Source: Pirellulales bacterium
GTDB lineage: Bacteria; Planctomycetota; Planctomycetia; Pirellulales; PALSA-1355
Direction: 5' to 3'
Assembly: GCA_963733035.1 (NCBI GenBank)
Contig: CAVTBU010000005.1
Location: 1,984,001 to 2,048,000 of the forward strand
Length of the DNA: 64,000 nt
The position numbers and the translations under genes were made by a program. The notes under the pieces were generated by a model. The model worked only from the letters and a program-made list of their open reading frames with translations, was not told the origin of the DNA and searched no databases. Position 1 is the stretch's first letter. Every line of letters starts with the position of its first letter. Of the stretch, positions 20,501-31,302 are shown piece by piece.

Positions 20501-22946
20501 GGCATTCCACGACCGGCGCACGGAGGACCTGAGTACCGAACCGAATGGTCATACAACCACGGACCTGATGATGCCAGATGCCGACTACGATCAACGCATC
20601 CCGCCCCGGGGATCGCTGTTCGTGGAGCTTTACAATCCGTGGGTGACGCAGAGCACGGTCACGAATGCCGGCAATTTGCCATCGGCTTACGAGGTGCCGG
20701 GGGAGTTTTATAGCGTCAATACCACGGCCAACACGGCAACCGGCGTAAATCTGAATGCCACGTCTCTTAACGGAGGCTCGCCGGTTTGGCGAATGCTGAT
20801 CACGCTCGGCAGCGCCATTCAGACCAACGGGCAACCGAAAGACCCCGACCATCCATTTCCGGCCTACGCTCCGACGCTTGCCGAAATTGAACGGAGCATC
20901 TACTTCGTGCAGCCCCCGCAGACGATCACCGGCGACGGTCAGAAGTATTTCCAAAATCGGCTGGTCGCCCCAATTCTTCCCGGGCGATATGGCGTGATTG
21001 GTTCGGCGGGTCTCGCCAACACCCTCGGCGGTACCTATACGACAACCATTGGGCGACTTGTCCAGACGGCCAGCAATACGGCCGACACAGCGCATGATGG
21101 TAATGCGCAAGTCATCAACACGCGGCGGATCGTACTTTCACCGAGCGCAAATCCCGCGACGCCCCAAGTGCAGGTACTGCTCAATGGCTCGGCTCCAAGC
21201 TTCTCCGACATTCAGCCGCCGATCGCCATCGTGATCGACCAGGCGCAGGACGCGACGGGAAATGTCACGCCGCGTTCTATTAGTGTTTCAGAACCAACCT
21301 ATGGTTATCTCGCCGGCACGACGCAGGCCTTTCCCGCGGAACCCATTGTTTACAACCCAGTGCAGGACGTACCTCTGGACAACGCGAATCCAGTGGCTCC
21401 GATGAGCAATCGGCTGTGGCGTTTCATTCACCTACAGCGGTTGGCTGATCCCACGCTGCCTTACAGCCCCAAGACAAATCCGTACCGCACGATCGACACC
21501 GCACCGATCGCACTTTCAGTTTTCAATGGACTTACGCCACCTGGTACAATCGAGGCGATTTATACACCAACCGGGGTCTGTTCCACACAACGCGGCACAC
21601 AACAATCTGGCGTGGATAAGCCCATGCCGAACCTGCTTTGGGTTTATGAGCCGCAGGTGGCAGCCATCACTTCAATCGCGGACGGCAGCAACACTCACAA
21701 CGTTCCGTTTTTCGTCAGTGAATCGCTTGGATACTTGAATCAGGGATATGGCACGGCCGGAAATGCGATGAGCACTTTCACGTCGTCTTCAACCGCGCCG
21801 AGCAGTTATAGGGGATCGCCCAACGTTCAACCATTTCCCTGGCTCAACTGGAACAACCGTCCGTACGTGGGGCAATTAGAGCTGATGATCGTGCCCAAGA
21901 GCCGTTCGTCGCGGTTGACGCTGGAATACGCCCCAGACTTGGATCTAGACGCGACAAATCCCCACCACCCGTACGCCGGCCACGTGACAAGCACCAGTCA
22001 CCTGTTTCCATTCTTCGATACGGTTGCGGCATCGCAACCCGTGCCACCTAATCTTCATCGCGTGTTTGAATACCTGACAGTTCCATCGCGATTCGTGGGA
22101 ACGGAAACCGAGCTCGACCCCCAGACGATGAACGCCTTGCCCGCGTTCGACACCACGGGCGTCGAACAGACGTTAGTGTCGTTTTTGCATCCGCCGTTCA
22201 ATCGCGTGTCGAACTACCGAGAGCCGGGACGGATCAACATCAATACGATTTCCAGTGACTATGTTGCAACTGCTGGAACGTCACAATCTACTGTCTGGAA
22301 CGGAGTGCTGAATGCATCGGCGGGCGACACGATCCTCGCGGGTACGTCGCTGAACTGGCTCGCAGTAGCGCAAAGCCGCCAAGGAAAATCGTATCCGTTC
22401 CGACCGACGACCGGCAATTTGGATTCAACGTCGATATTTGGCAACCCGTTCCGATCGGCGGCCGGTGAAGCTCTATTGCTTCCGCTTACGAAGTACTATG
22501 CGGATCGGGATGAGGTCGACGTCACGTTGTTCCGTCCTGTCAACCCGGCAACGAATGCCCCAGCCACGGACACGCCGCTTTTCGGCTACACGTCGACACA
22601 GTTGCACAACAATTCGAGCCGCAATCCGTACTTCAGGCACCAGCACTTGCAGCGGATTAGTAACGTCGTCACCACCCGCAGCAACGTCTACGCCATCTGG
22701 ATCACGGTCGGCTATTTCCAGGTGCAATCGCCGCCGCTGGATTCCACGGGAACTGCGTTGCCCTTCGGTCCCGGCACGCCCTATCCGGACGGCTATCAGT
22801 TGATGGCGGAGATGGGGAGTGATACGGGGGAGGTGGAGCGGCATCGGGGGTTCTATATTTTCGACCGCTCGATTCCGGTGGCCTTTGAGCCGGGCAAGAA
22901 CCACAACTTCGAAGAAGGCCTGCTGCTGCGGCGGTTTATCGAGTGA
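17587..22946 (+). CDS. Giant PilX/GspK-like tip pilin (~1,780 aa if rejoined), multiply frameshifted between ~18200 and ~19760
   Basis: RRG|VLLLVVLSLLILF lacking E5; blocks DEDYDAPD, DVDNDGDG..DLDGRLNVNAHG, QWAVNVVDFRDRD, FVELYNP, REPGRININT, TTRSNVYAIWITVG; final 1,060 aa intact. Confidence 0.72.
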
Positions 22947-22988
22947 GCGAGCGGTGAAGGCCGGCGGGCGAAGGACGAGGCTGAAGCG

Positions 22989-24674
22989 TCAGGACTTGGG
23001 CGCGGCTGCCTGCGTGCGGCAGGGGATGACCTGGTGCTCGTCGAGATACTCGGGGCCGACCGGGTAGTTGCGGAAGCGGATGGAGTTGTAGGTTTCGAAC
23101 CAGCGGGCGATGTCGGCCTCGACCTGGCGGTCGTAGTCGGGGGCCACGTGCAGCGTCTTGCCGGCGGTCGGCTCGCGCAGCTCGCCCTGGTCGACGATCA
23201 CCTGGCCCGCCTTGATCACGTGGCGGGGTAGCTCGAACATGAGCTCCTTGTTGTCGTCGGGCGTGTAGAGGGTGACGTCGGCATCGGCGCCCGGCCCGAG
23301 GTGGCCTTTGTGGGTGAGGCCGAGGATTTTGGCGGGTCCGCTGCGGGTGATGATGCAGATCTCGTAGAGCGAGTACTCGCGGTCGAGCTGGGCCAGGGTG
23401 GAGCGCTCGCGGACGCGCGGGTGGACGGTTTTGAGCACGTCCTGCCGCCAGGTACGGTCCATCAGCAGTCGAATGATCTGCGGATAGGCCAAGAACGAGC
23501 CGCCGTTGGGATGGTCGGTGCTCATGACCACGCGCCAAGGATCGTCGACCAGCAGATACCACTCGAGGCCGATCGCCCATTGCAAGGCGTTGATCAGGTT
23601 CTTTTGCTTGTACTCGATGGGCGCGATGCCGCAGCCGGCCTCCATCTCGATTTCGGCCGAGAACCATTTGGTCTTGAAGAGGTTGCTCAGGTAGTAGCCG
23701 AGCGGACCGTCGCCGGTCATGCTGGTCGTTTCGCCAAACAGCACCTGGCCGACGTCGACGGTGAGATTGGGGTGGGCGTTGACGTACTCGGCCAGCGGCA
23801 CGACCTGCGAGCCGAACGATTCCTCCTCGCCGCCGGCGCCGCCATAGCTGTGAAACTGGATGTGCGTGAGGTGCCCGCCGAAATCGGCCAGCGATTTCAT
23901 GGTTTCGAGCGTGGTGGTCCAATTGCCGGGCATGCCGAGGTTGTTGCAGTGCAAATGAACCGGATGCGGCAAGCCGAGTTCGCCCGCCGCCTGCGCGATG
24001 CCGCGAATGATTTGCCGCGGCGTGACGTCGAAGTGCTCGACGACGGAGTCCAAACCGCTGACGTTGCCAGAGGCCTGCTGTTTCCAGACTTCGACGCCGC
24101 CGGGATTGACCATCTTGGGAGCGAACCCCTTGGCGGCTGACAGCAACCAGCCGAGAAAGGCCTTCACGCGCTCGGGCTCGCCCTGGTGAATGGCCCGCAT
24201 CAGGTAGTGGTTGTTGCCGACGACGACGTAGAAGCCCTTGTCGAGGCAGGGTGTATCGGCAAACTCCTCGTGCACGTGGCGCGCGGCCAGCGGCGGGATG
24301 GCGGCGTCGAAGGCCGTGGTGTAGCCCATGCCGGCGTATTTGTAGCCGGTGGCAAACGTGCTGGGGACGCTCCCCATCGTGCCGCTATGCGTGGTGGGCG
24401 TGCGGTGGAGAGGCGGTGCGGATCGCTTTTCCTCAGGTCGCATGCGGCGGGCGATATTGACCTTAGGCCCGGCGATATGGCAATGCATGTCGATGCCGCC
24501 CGGCATGACGACCAGGCCGCGGGCGTCGATCGTGCGATCGGGGCGAACGTTCGGGTCGGTGGGCGCGGCGACGATTTTGCCGTCGCAGATCCACAGATCG
24601 CGCAGCTGGCCGTCGACGCCGTTCGTGGGGTCGTAAACCGTGCCGCCGGCAATTTTAAAATACGACCTGGCCAC
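22989..24674 (-). CDS. fhcA: Formyltransferase/hydrolase complex subunit A (FwdA/FmdA homolog, amidohydrolase)
   Basis: MPGGIDMHCHIAGPKVN, PHPVHLHCNNLGMPGN, THIQFHSYGG, QWAIGLE, STDHPNGG. Confidence 0.93.
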   Translation of the reverse strand: MARSYFKIAGGTVYDPTNGVDGQLRDLWICDGKIVAAPTDPNVRPDRTIDARGLVVMPGGIDMHCHIAGPKVNIARRMRPEEKRSAPPLHRTPTTHSGTMGSVPSTFATGYKYAGMGYTTAFDAAIPPLAARHVHEEFADTPCLDKGFYVVVGNNHYLMRAIHQGEPERVKAFLGWLLSAAKGFAPKMVNPGGVEVWKQQASGNVSGLDSVVEHFDVTPRQIIRGIAQAAGELGLPHPVHLHCNNLGMPGNWTTTLETMKSLADFGGHLTHIQFHSYGGAGGEEESFGSQVVPLAEYVNAHPNLTVDVGQVLFGETTSMTGDGPLGYYLSNLFKTKWFSAEIEMEAGCGIAPIEYKQKNLINALQWAIGLEWYLLVDDPWRVVMSTDHPNGGSFLAYPQIIRLLMDRTWRQDVLKTVHPRVRERSTLAQLDREYSLYEICIITRSGPAKILGLTHKGHLGPGADADVTLYTPDDNKELMFELPRHVIKAGQVIVDQGELREPTAGKTLHVAPDYDRQVEADIARWFETYNSIRFRNYPVGPEYLDEHQVIPCRTQAAAPKS

Positions 24675-24677
24675 GGC

Positions 24678-26012
24678 TCAACTCGCGGTGGTTTGTTGCA
24701 GCTCGCGGACGCGAAGACCGACTCGGTGGAGGATTTCGACGTCGGTCGGCAGCGACGATGTGAGCGTCTGCCTCAACGGGAGAGGAATCTCATCCATGCG
24801 GTAGACGGTGCCGCCGGTGTGGATGCCCGCCGTGGCGGTGAGGAATTCGACGCTGGCACCACGCGTCTCCGCGGTGGGTCGGCTGTCGAGGACGATACGG
24901 GGGATCGACGCCAGATGCCGGTGGGCGGCGGAGCCAAAATCCTCGCTCACGTCGCATTGCACGATCAGTGCGGCGTCGACTTCGCCCCGGGCCAGCACGT
25001 CGTCTGCCGAGTATTCGCCCGGATTGAATCGCGGATACCCTCGCGATAGGTTCACGGCAAAAGCGAAGCCGGTGCGCCAGGCGAGCACGTTGTCGGCGCC
25101 GGTGACGTTACCCGAACCGCGCATCGATTTGCCGACGAACCGCGTATAGGCGTTCATGTCGCGAATGAGAGCCAGCATGGCCTCGGTGTTAAGGTGCTTG
25201 CCGTGGGTCATCGCCAAACCGGGACCAAAAAACATCACGCCAAACTTTGCCCGCTTCATGCGAGCGGCCAGATCCTGCCAGGCGGCCAACGGAACACCGG
25301 TGCTCTGGCACACGTGGGCATCGTCGAGCTGGCGATCGGCGGCTAGCGCGCGCAGCGTCCAGAGGGCTTCGAAGTCGCGGTCGGGTTCAACCTGTATGAA
25401 TACATCGGCAGCCTCGGCGCTGGCGGTCCGCTCGACGTCGACCACAATGACGGTGCGATCGGCACGGCCGCGCGGCACGAACATGCCCTTGGGAAAGAGG
25501 CTGTAGCGCTCGAAATGCCGAGGGTGCGTCGTCGCGGGATCGATGCCCCAAAAGATGATCAGATCGCCGCGGTTGGCTACTTCGCCCAGCGAACTGGTCA
25601 CTTCGCCCACGCCTTGAAACGAGACGCCCCAGGGCCCGTGGTGGCTGCTGGTTGGCGTGTCGATGACCGCCCCCAACCAATCGGCCAAATCGGCGGCTGC
25701 CTGTTGGGCTTCGCTGCTGGTGCCGCGCAAACCATAGATTAGCGGATAGCGGGCGTCGGCGAGAATCCGTGCGGCACGTTCGATGCCTGCGGCCAATTCG
25801 GCCGGCTGGCCCTCGATCAGGCAACTCGGCAGCGATTGTTCGCGTGGTTCCAGGAACCACGCTTGCCCCAGCGTGCAAGCACGTCGGGCCTCGATGATGC
25901 GACTGCCGTCGACGACGACGTCGATGTCGTCGCATACGCAACCGCAGGCCGTGCAAGCAACGTCAGCAACGATGTGCGGCGGATCGGAATCGACGGCTTT
26001 GTTGGTGGGCAC
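24678..26012 (-). CDS. fhcB: Formyltransferase/hydrolase complex subunit B (FwdB/FmdB homolog)
   Basis: CTACGCVCDD, SLGEVANRGDLIIFWG, HPRHFERYS, GYPRFNPGE, GTVYRMD; start placed at GTG 26012. Confidence 0.9.
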   Translation of the reverse strand: MPTNKAVDSDPPHIVADVACTACGCVCDDIDVVVDGSRIIEARRACTLGQAWFLEPREQSLPSCLIEGQPAELAAGIERAARILADARYPLIYGLRGTSSEAQQAAADLADWLGAVIDTPTSSHHGPWGVSFQGVGEVTSSLGEVANRGDLIIFWGIDPATTHPRHFERYSLFPKGMFVPRGRADRTVIVVDVERTASAEAADVFIQVEPDRDFEALWTLRALAADRQLDDAHVCQSTGVPLAAWQDLAARMKRAKFGVMFFGPGLAMTHGKHLNTEAMLALIRDMNAYTRFVGKSMRGSGNVTGADNVLAWRTGFAFAVNLSRGYPRFNPGEYSADDVLARGEVDAALIVQCDVSEDFGSAAHRHLASIPRIVLDSRPTAETRGASVEFLTATAGIHTGGTVYRMDEIPLPLRQTLTSSLPTDVEILHRVGLRVRELQQTTAS

Positions 26013-26046
26013 GGAAAAACTCTGGCGTTTCTGTATATTCCGAGTG

Positions 26047-26110
26047 CGAAGCGCGAGCGGAGCTAGGGACCGCAATCGTCCATTGTCCTCGCTGGCGCTG
26101 CGGGCTAGTG
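26047..26110. repeat. REP-like imperfect palindrome in the fhcB/cupin intergenic region
   Basis: Arms cgaagcgcgagcg (26047-26059) and cgctggcgctgcg (26090-26102) pair at 11/13; the right arm continues 'ggctagtg'. Confidence 0.5.
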
Positions 26111-26284
26111 CCTCAATGGCGATCGGAAATCGTGGGACTTGAGTTTGGCTCATGCCCAAGGGTCCGATTCCGCGATTAGCATGTAGGCAGGCATTACGGG
26201 CAGACTCTATATTCTGTCATCGGTCTGCAGCAAACGCCAGCGCAAAGAGCGCCCGCACCCCGCCAAAACCATCCGGAGAGACCT

Positions 26285-26653
26285 ATGCTACCCGTCGAAG
26301 AAACCTGGGTCACGCTCGTGCGCCACGAAGGCGAAACCCCGCGCGAACCGAGCACTTGCGGTGTGCGCGACCGTCTGATTAGCCATGAGGACAATGGCCG
26401 TGTCGCCGCCTGGGTTCACGCCGTGGATATTGACGGTGCACGCGAACATTATCATCGCCGCAGTGCCGAGCTATACTACGTGCTCGATGGTGAGGGGCAG
26501 GTGATTCTGGACGGGCAATTACACGACGTGCGCAAGGGTTCGATCGTGCACATTCCGCCGGGCGTCATTCACGGCGCGCGAGGACGGATGCGGGTGCTCG
26601 TGGTCGGCGTGCCCGATATCGCCGATGACGACGTCTATTTTCTGGAAGATTGA
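26285..26653 (+). CDS. Cupin domain protein
   Basis: HYHRRSAELYYVLDGEG and IPPGVIHG cupin motifs; GGAG RBS. Confidence 0.88.
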   Translation: MLPVEETWVTLVRHEGETPREPSTCGVRDRLISHEDNGRVAAWVHAVDIDGAREHYHRRSAELYYVLDGEGQVILDGQLHDVRKGSIVHIPPGVIHGARGRMRVLVVGVPDIADDDVYFLED

Positions 26654-27122
26654 TCCGACGAAGTGCACAATCGGGACGGCTGGAACTGGGGGACATGCGC
26701 CAGGGCCATGTCGCGGCATCGGATCGGGTGCCCTGGACGGAACCGTCGATCGCCGTCTATCTCAACGAAGCATGCAATGCTGGCACTCACCGGCGACGCG
26801 CGAGGGTCGGTTGTCTATCTGGACCGAGCTCGATCGACATTTTCGCTGGGGAATGCCCGCTTTATATACCGATGGGCAAGTGTTTGGCGACCGACAACCG
26901 ATCATTACCGTATGACGGCTCGTAGCGGTGCCGCGCAAATTGAAACCACGGCGTTCCGCCACCTTCGTTTGACCTTGTGTTCCGATTGAGGGAGGTAGTA
27001 CGCCCCTCGGTGGCTTGCTAGCTGAGCGGCTGGCAGCCGCAATTGACGATTCGCGGCAAGGTGCGATACCTTGGTGCCCCCATTCGTTCGGCACGTTGTT
27101 CTCAGGTAAGGAGGCCTGAAGC

Positions 27123-29641
27123 ATGCACCGATGGCACATACTGCTGTCTCTCTTCATCTGCCTGGCGATGTTGCCAGTCGCGGGTGCCCAGGAGCGAGCC
27201 AATGGTCGCGCGTCGAGCCGCTTGTTGCAATCCGCCGAAACGCTCGAAAATGCATTTGAGCGAACGGCTGCGCGTCCGGGTGGACGAATCGCGCAGCCTG
27301 AGTCCATACAGCGCGCGATACGTCAGCGCGCAAAGTCCGAAAGCGACGCCAGTTCGCCAAGTGCCGCGCAAGACGCCCTCACCCGCTCTCGCGGCAACGC
27401 TCAAGGCCCTCGATGCGACGGCACCCTACAGTGTGTCGTCGAGCGGTCGATACCTGGTCGCCACACAGGGCAAATCAGGACTCGTCCTCTTCGACACTAA
27501 AACGCACCGCGCATTGCGGCAACTTCATAAGGGAGCGAGGGGATATACCCTCGTCGAAATCTCGTCAGACGCGCGATGGATCGCCGGCGTTCAGGCGGCG
27601 AACCCCGATCTGATTGACCTTTGGCGGGCAGACAACGGCCAGCTGGTGCGTACCATTCAAGCCGAAGGTGGCAGAAAGCAATCGATCTCGTTTTCGGCCG
27701 AGGGCGAACAACTTCGCGTGCTGGCCGAAGACGGTCGCGGCGTGATCTACAACATTCCGGCCGGAGTGCGGGTGGGAGGATTTCAATCCGGCAACGGCGG
27801 TTCAGGCATGAAACCGCCGACAGTGCAACTCGAACCACTCAACGTTCCGCGGACGGCAACCCCTCAGCAAAGCGCCGCCACGCCGAAGACGCAACGTCTT
27901 GAATCCTGGTCGGCCGCTCCCGAAACGGCGAGCCCGGCTCTGCCGCCCAAGGCACACGTTGCAATGCCAAAGACGGTAACGTCGGCGCCCATCACGGTAC
28001 CACTGTCGTCGGCGCCTGGGGGCTCGGGCCTGCCAACCGCCGAACCCATGATGGCAGCTCCCGCCGCGGCCGAGCCAATGGCCGCGAGTCCGTCGGCCGC
28101 CGAACCACCGACGGCTTCCCCGTTTGAAGTCGCGGCGCCAGCGGCAGAACCCATGGCTGCGACGCCTATGCCCGAGGCTGCGCCACAAGCCCGCGAGACG
28201 ACCTCTCCCCGAGCCGCGATGCGTGTCGAAGCCCCCAGCGAATCAATTGCCCCCGGCGCCGAAGAAACCGCCGTTGCGGAAACCGAACCGCGCGAGGCTG
28301 TGCCTGCTAACGAAAGCGAGCCGATCGCCGCGTCTGCGCCGTCCGGCAATGCGAATCTCGATGCGGAGGCCGTCTCGCAATTGCCGACTCCACAGCCCGA
28401 AGACCTCTCCAAGGTCACCGTGCACTACGCCACAAACCGCAATCGATTGGGGGTGGCCGACCGCACCTGGCTGGCGTATTTCAAAGGCTTCTTTTTCAGC
28501 TTACCGGCGGTCATCGTCTACGTTTTGACCGTCTTGTGCTTGTTGGTCTTTCCCTGGTTCGGCAAACGCTCCTGGGCCGCCGCCGCGCTGCTCACCGGCG
28601 TGGTCGTGCTCTGTTCGATGGCAGCGCTCGAAGCTTACGTTCGCTCTCAGTTGCGAGACGAGCTGTCAGGCGAGTTGTACGGTTCCATTCCCGGCGATTT
28701 GAACTACGGGACCTGCGAAATTTCGGTGCCGAAGCCCGAGAACCGTTCGCCGGGCGAACTGAACCGCCCCGTGTCGGTATGGATCTTCGAGGCGCCAGAG
28801 GACCCCGACAAACATTTCACGCTGCGGCAAGTTACCGAACTCGGCGGCAAGGACGCGTTTTACGAAAGCCTGTCGGCGCAGCTACGCGCGTAGCGAGGAC
28901 GGTGCCTCGCTGCTGTTTATCCACGGCTACAATGTCTCGTTCGAGGACGCGATCTTCCGCACGGCTCAGCTGGCCGTCGACTTGAAGTACCGGGGCGCGC
29001 CAATCACGTTTAGCTGGCCGTCGTATGCCGACCCGGTGAAGTACACGTTCGACGAGCAAAACGCCGAGGTTTCGATACCGGCTCTGCGCGAGTTTCTCGA
29101 AGATTTGTCGACGCGTAGCGGTGCAAAGCGTATTCACATCGTTGCACACAGTATGGGCAACCGTGTGCTCGCCGGCGCGCTGAGAGCCATGCCGCCTGAG
29201 GCGCGTGTGAAGAACAAGGCGATGTTCCGCGAGATCGTGTTGGCCGCGCCCGACATCGACAGCCGCGTATTCGAGACGCAGGTCTTACCACACCTCGAGG
29301 AGAACACGCAGCACTGCACGCTGTATGCTTCCTCGCGCGACCGGGCGCTCATGATGTCTCGCTACTTCCACAACTTCCAGCGGCTGGGCGAAACGGAACC
29401 ACAGCTGATCGTGGCCACGGGCATGGACACCATCGACGCCTCGTTGGTCGACACCAGCCTGCTGGGGCACTCCTACATTGGCGACGTGCAATCGATTGTC
29501 AGCGATTTGCACGACCTGGTCGTCAGCGGCAAGCGTCCCACCGAACGCGGCGGCCTGGAACCCGAATTGCTCGGCCAGTTGATGTACTGGGCGATCAAGC
29601 CAAGCCTGCAAACCGCGGCCGAAGCGGGCACCAGGCGGTAG
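27123..29641 (+). CDS. Signal peptide + WD40-like repeats + Pro/Ala linker + two TM helices + DUF900-type alpha/beta hydrolase; frameshifts near 27350 and 28890
   Basis: MHRWHILLSLFICLAMLPVAGA after AAGGAGG; 'ISSDARWIA..LWRADNGQLVRTI'; YATNR, LLFIHGYN, FSWPS, IVAHSMG, LAAPD, YASSRDRAL, GHSY. Confidence 0.75.
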
Positions 29642-29682
29642 CCGTTCCACGCCAAGTAACCGGTAGGTTCAGCACCGGCGAT

Positions 29683-31302
29683 TTACGTCACGAACGCGAA
29701 CCGTTCGGCGTCGAATAGGCCCAGGTCGCTCAGCTTGAGTTTGGGGATGACCAGCAAGGCCATGAATGACAATGTCATGTACGGGGCGGAGAGCATGGAA
29801 CCGGCGGACTTGGCCAGCTTGTCGACTTGGGCGTATGCTTCGCCGATCTTTTCGGCGGGCAAGTTGCTCATCAAGCCGGCGATGGGAAGCGGCAACACGG
29901 CCTCGCTTTCTTCGTCGACGTAGCAGACTCCGCCGCGGCTGGCGACCAGCGCGTTGACGGCTTTGGCGATCAACTTGTCGTTGATGCCCACGGCGATGAT
30001 GTTGTGCGAATCGTGAGCGACTGTCGAGGCGATTGCTCCCCGCTTGAGCCCGAAGTTCCTGATAAACGCCACGCCTGGCGATGCATTTTGATAGCGATTC
30101 ACCACGGCGATCTTCAGCACGTCGTTGTCCAGGTCGGCCTGTAATTGGCCGCCGACCACCGGCAAACGGCATGGCTCGCGTTCGGTAATGATCTGCCGGT
30201 CGACTGCCACGATCGCCTCGTGAAAGCATGGCGCGTCGGTCACGGCGAAATCCTCCGACTGCTTCGGCTGGCAATCAAAATGATTGGGAGTCGCGGGAGG
30301 CGTCCAGGAAAAAGCAACTCGGCCCCGATCGTAGACACAGGCGCCGTCGATCCAGGTTTGACGCACGTGAAACGACGTCAGGTCGTCCACCACAACCAAG
30401 TCAGCCGGATCGCCAGGGCGTAACTGTCCCACGGGCAACCGGTAGTGTTCCACCGGATGCACACAGGCGGCACGAAGCACGTTCATCAACGGGAGGCCGT
30501 CGGCCACGGCTCGTCGTACCAGTCCGTCCACGTGGCCTTCGAGCAAATCGTCAGGATGCTTGTCGTCGCTGCAGAGCATGCATGACGCCGGATGGGTCGA
30601 AAGCAGGCTCTTGAGCGCTTCGTAGTTGTGCGCGGCCGAACCTTCGCGGATTAAAATCTTCATGCCGCAGGCGATTTTGTCGATTGCCTCGTCGAGCGTG
30701 AAACATTCGTGATCGGTGCTGATGCCAGCCGCGGCGTAATGCCGGGCGTCGTCGCCACGCAGACCTGGCGCATGTCCGTCGACCGGTTTACCGAGTTTCT
30801 TGGCAGCGTCGATCTTGGCAAGCACTTCCGAGTCGCCATGCAGGACGCCGGGATAGTTCATCATCTCGCTCAGATAGCCGATCTCGTTCCGAGCGAGCAA
30901 TTCGGCAACGGCGGCCGCGTCGAGCACCGCGCCGGCTGTCTCGAAGCTCGTGGCCGGTACGCAGGAAGGACAACCAAAATGGAACTTGAGCGGCACTTGG
31001 CGGGCACTGTCCAACATGTACTCGATGCCGGCGGTGCCCAACACGTTGGCAATCTCATGCGGATCGGAGACGGTCGCGACGGTTCCAAATCGCACGGCCA
31101 CCTGTGCGAAGGAAGCCGGAGGCATCATGCTGCTTTCGATGTGAATATGACTATCGATAAAGCCGGGCAGAATGTAGCCGCCACCCTCGACGGGGTGCTC
31201 GTCGATGAGCGCGATCCGCCCGTCGGCAATTGTCACCGAACCGGTGAGAATTCGCTCGGTCCGAATGTCAACGATTTGACCACTGATGCGCGCTTGGCTC
31301 AT
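29683..31302 (-). CDS. ade: Adenine deaminase
   Basis: PGFIDSHIHIESSM, DPHEIANV, EMMNYPG, DGHAPG, DHEC, REGSAA, SDDKH, AHDSHN. Confidence 0.93.
   Translation of the reverse strand: MSQARISGQIVDIRTERILTGSVTIADGRIALIDEHPVEGGGYILPGFIDSHIHIESSMMPPASFAQVAVRFGTVATVSDPHEIANVLGTAGIEYMLDSARQVPLKFHFGCPSCVPATSFETAGAVLDAAAVAELLARNEIGYLSEMMNYPGVLHGDSEVLAKIDAAKKLGKPVDGHAPGLRGDDARHYAAAGISTDHECFTLDEAIDKIACGMKILIREGSAAHNYEALKSLLSTHPASCMLCSDDKHPDDLLEGHVDGLVRRAVADGLPLMNVLRAACVHPVEHYRLPVGQLRPGDPADLVVVDDLTSFHVRQTWIDGACVYDRGRVAFSWTPPATPNHFDCQPKQSEDFAVTDAPCFHEAIVAVDRQIITEREPCRLPVVGGQLQADLDNDVLKIAVVNRYQNASPGVAFIRNFGLKRGAIASTVAHDSHNIIAVGINDKLIAKAVNALVASRGGVCYVDEESEAVLPLPIAGLMSNLPAEKIGEAYAQVDKLAKSAGSMLSAPYMTLSFMALLVIPKLKLSDLGLFDAERFAFVT

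Noticed and set aside
19575..21110. 511-aa minus-strand ORF; likewise 50830-52179, 60338-61327 and the plus-strand 33350-34378
   Set aside because: Each lies opposite a well-supported gene and has shadow-ORF composition
12440..22946. Diversity-generating retroelement or shufflon acting on the pilins
   Set aside because: No reverse transcriptase, recombinase, template/variable repeat pair or repeated inversion sites seen in the window
22989..26012. Evidence for methanogenesis or methylotrophy
   Set aside because: fhc genes are common in planctomycetes; FhcB lacks the metal-ligand Cys and no other pathway genes are present here
28040..28160. Approximately 30-bp periodic repeats as a CRISPR array
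   Set aside because: Degenerate in-frame AEPM/AEPP linker repeats with no spacers and no cas genes
28880..28930. TAG at 28891-28893 as pyrrolysine or stop read-through
   Set aside because: The downstream LLFIHGYN motif is in a different frame, so this is an indel
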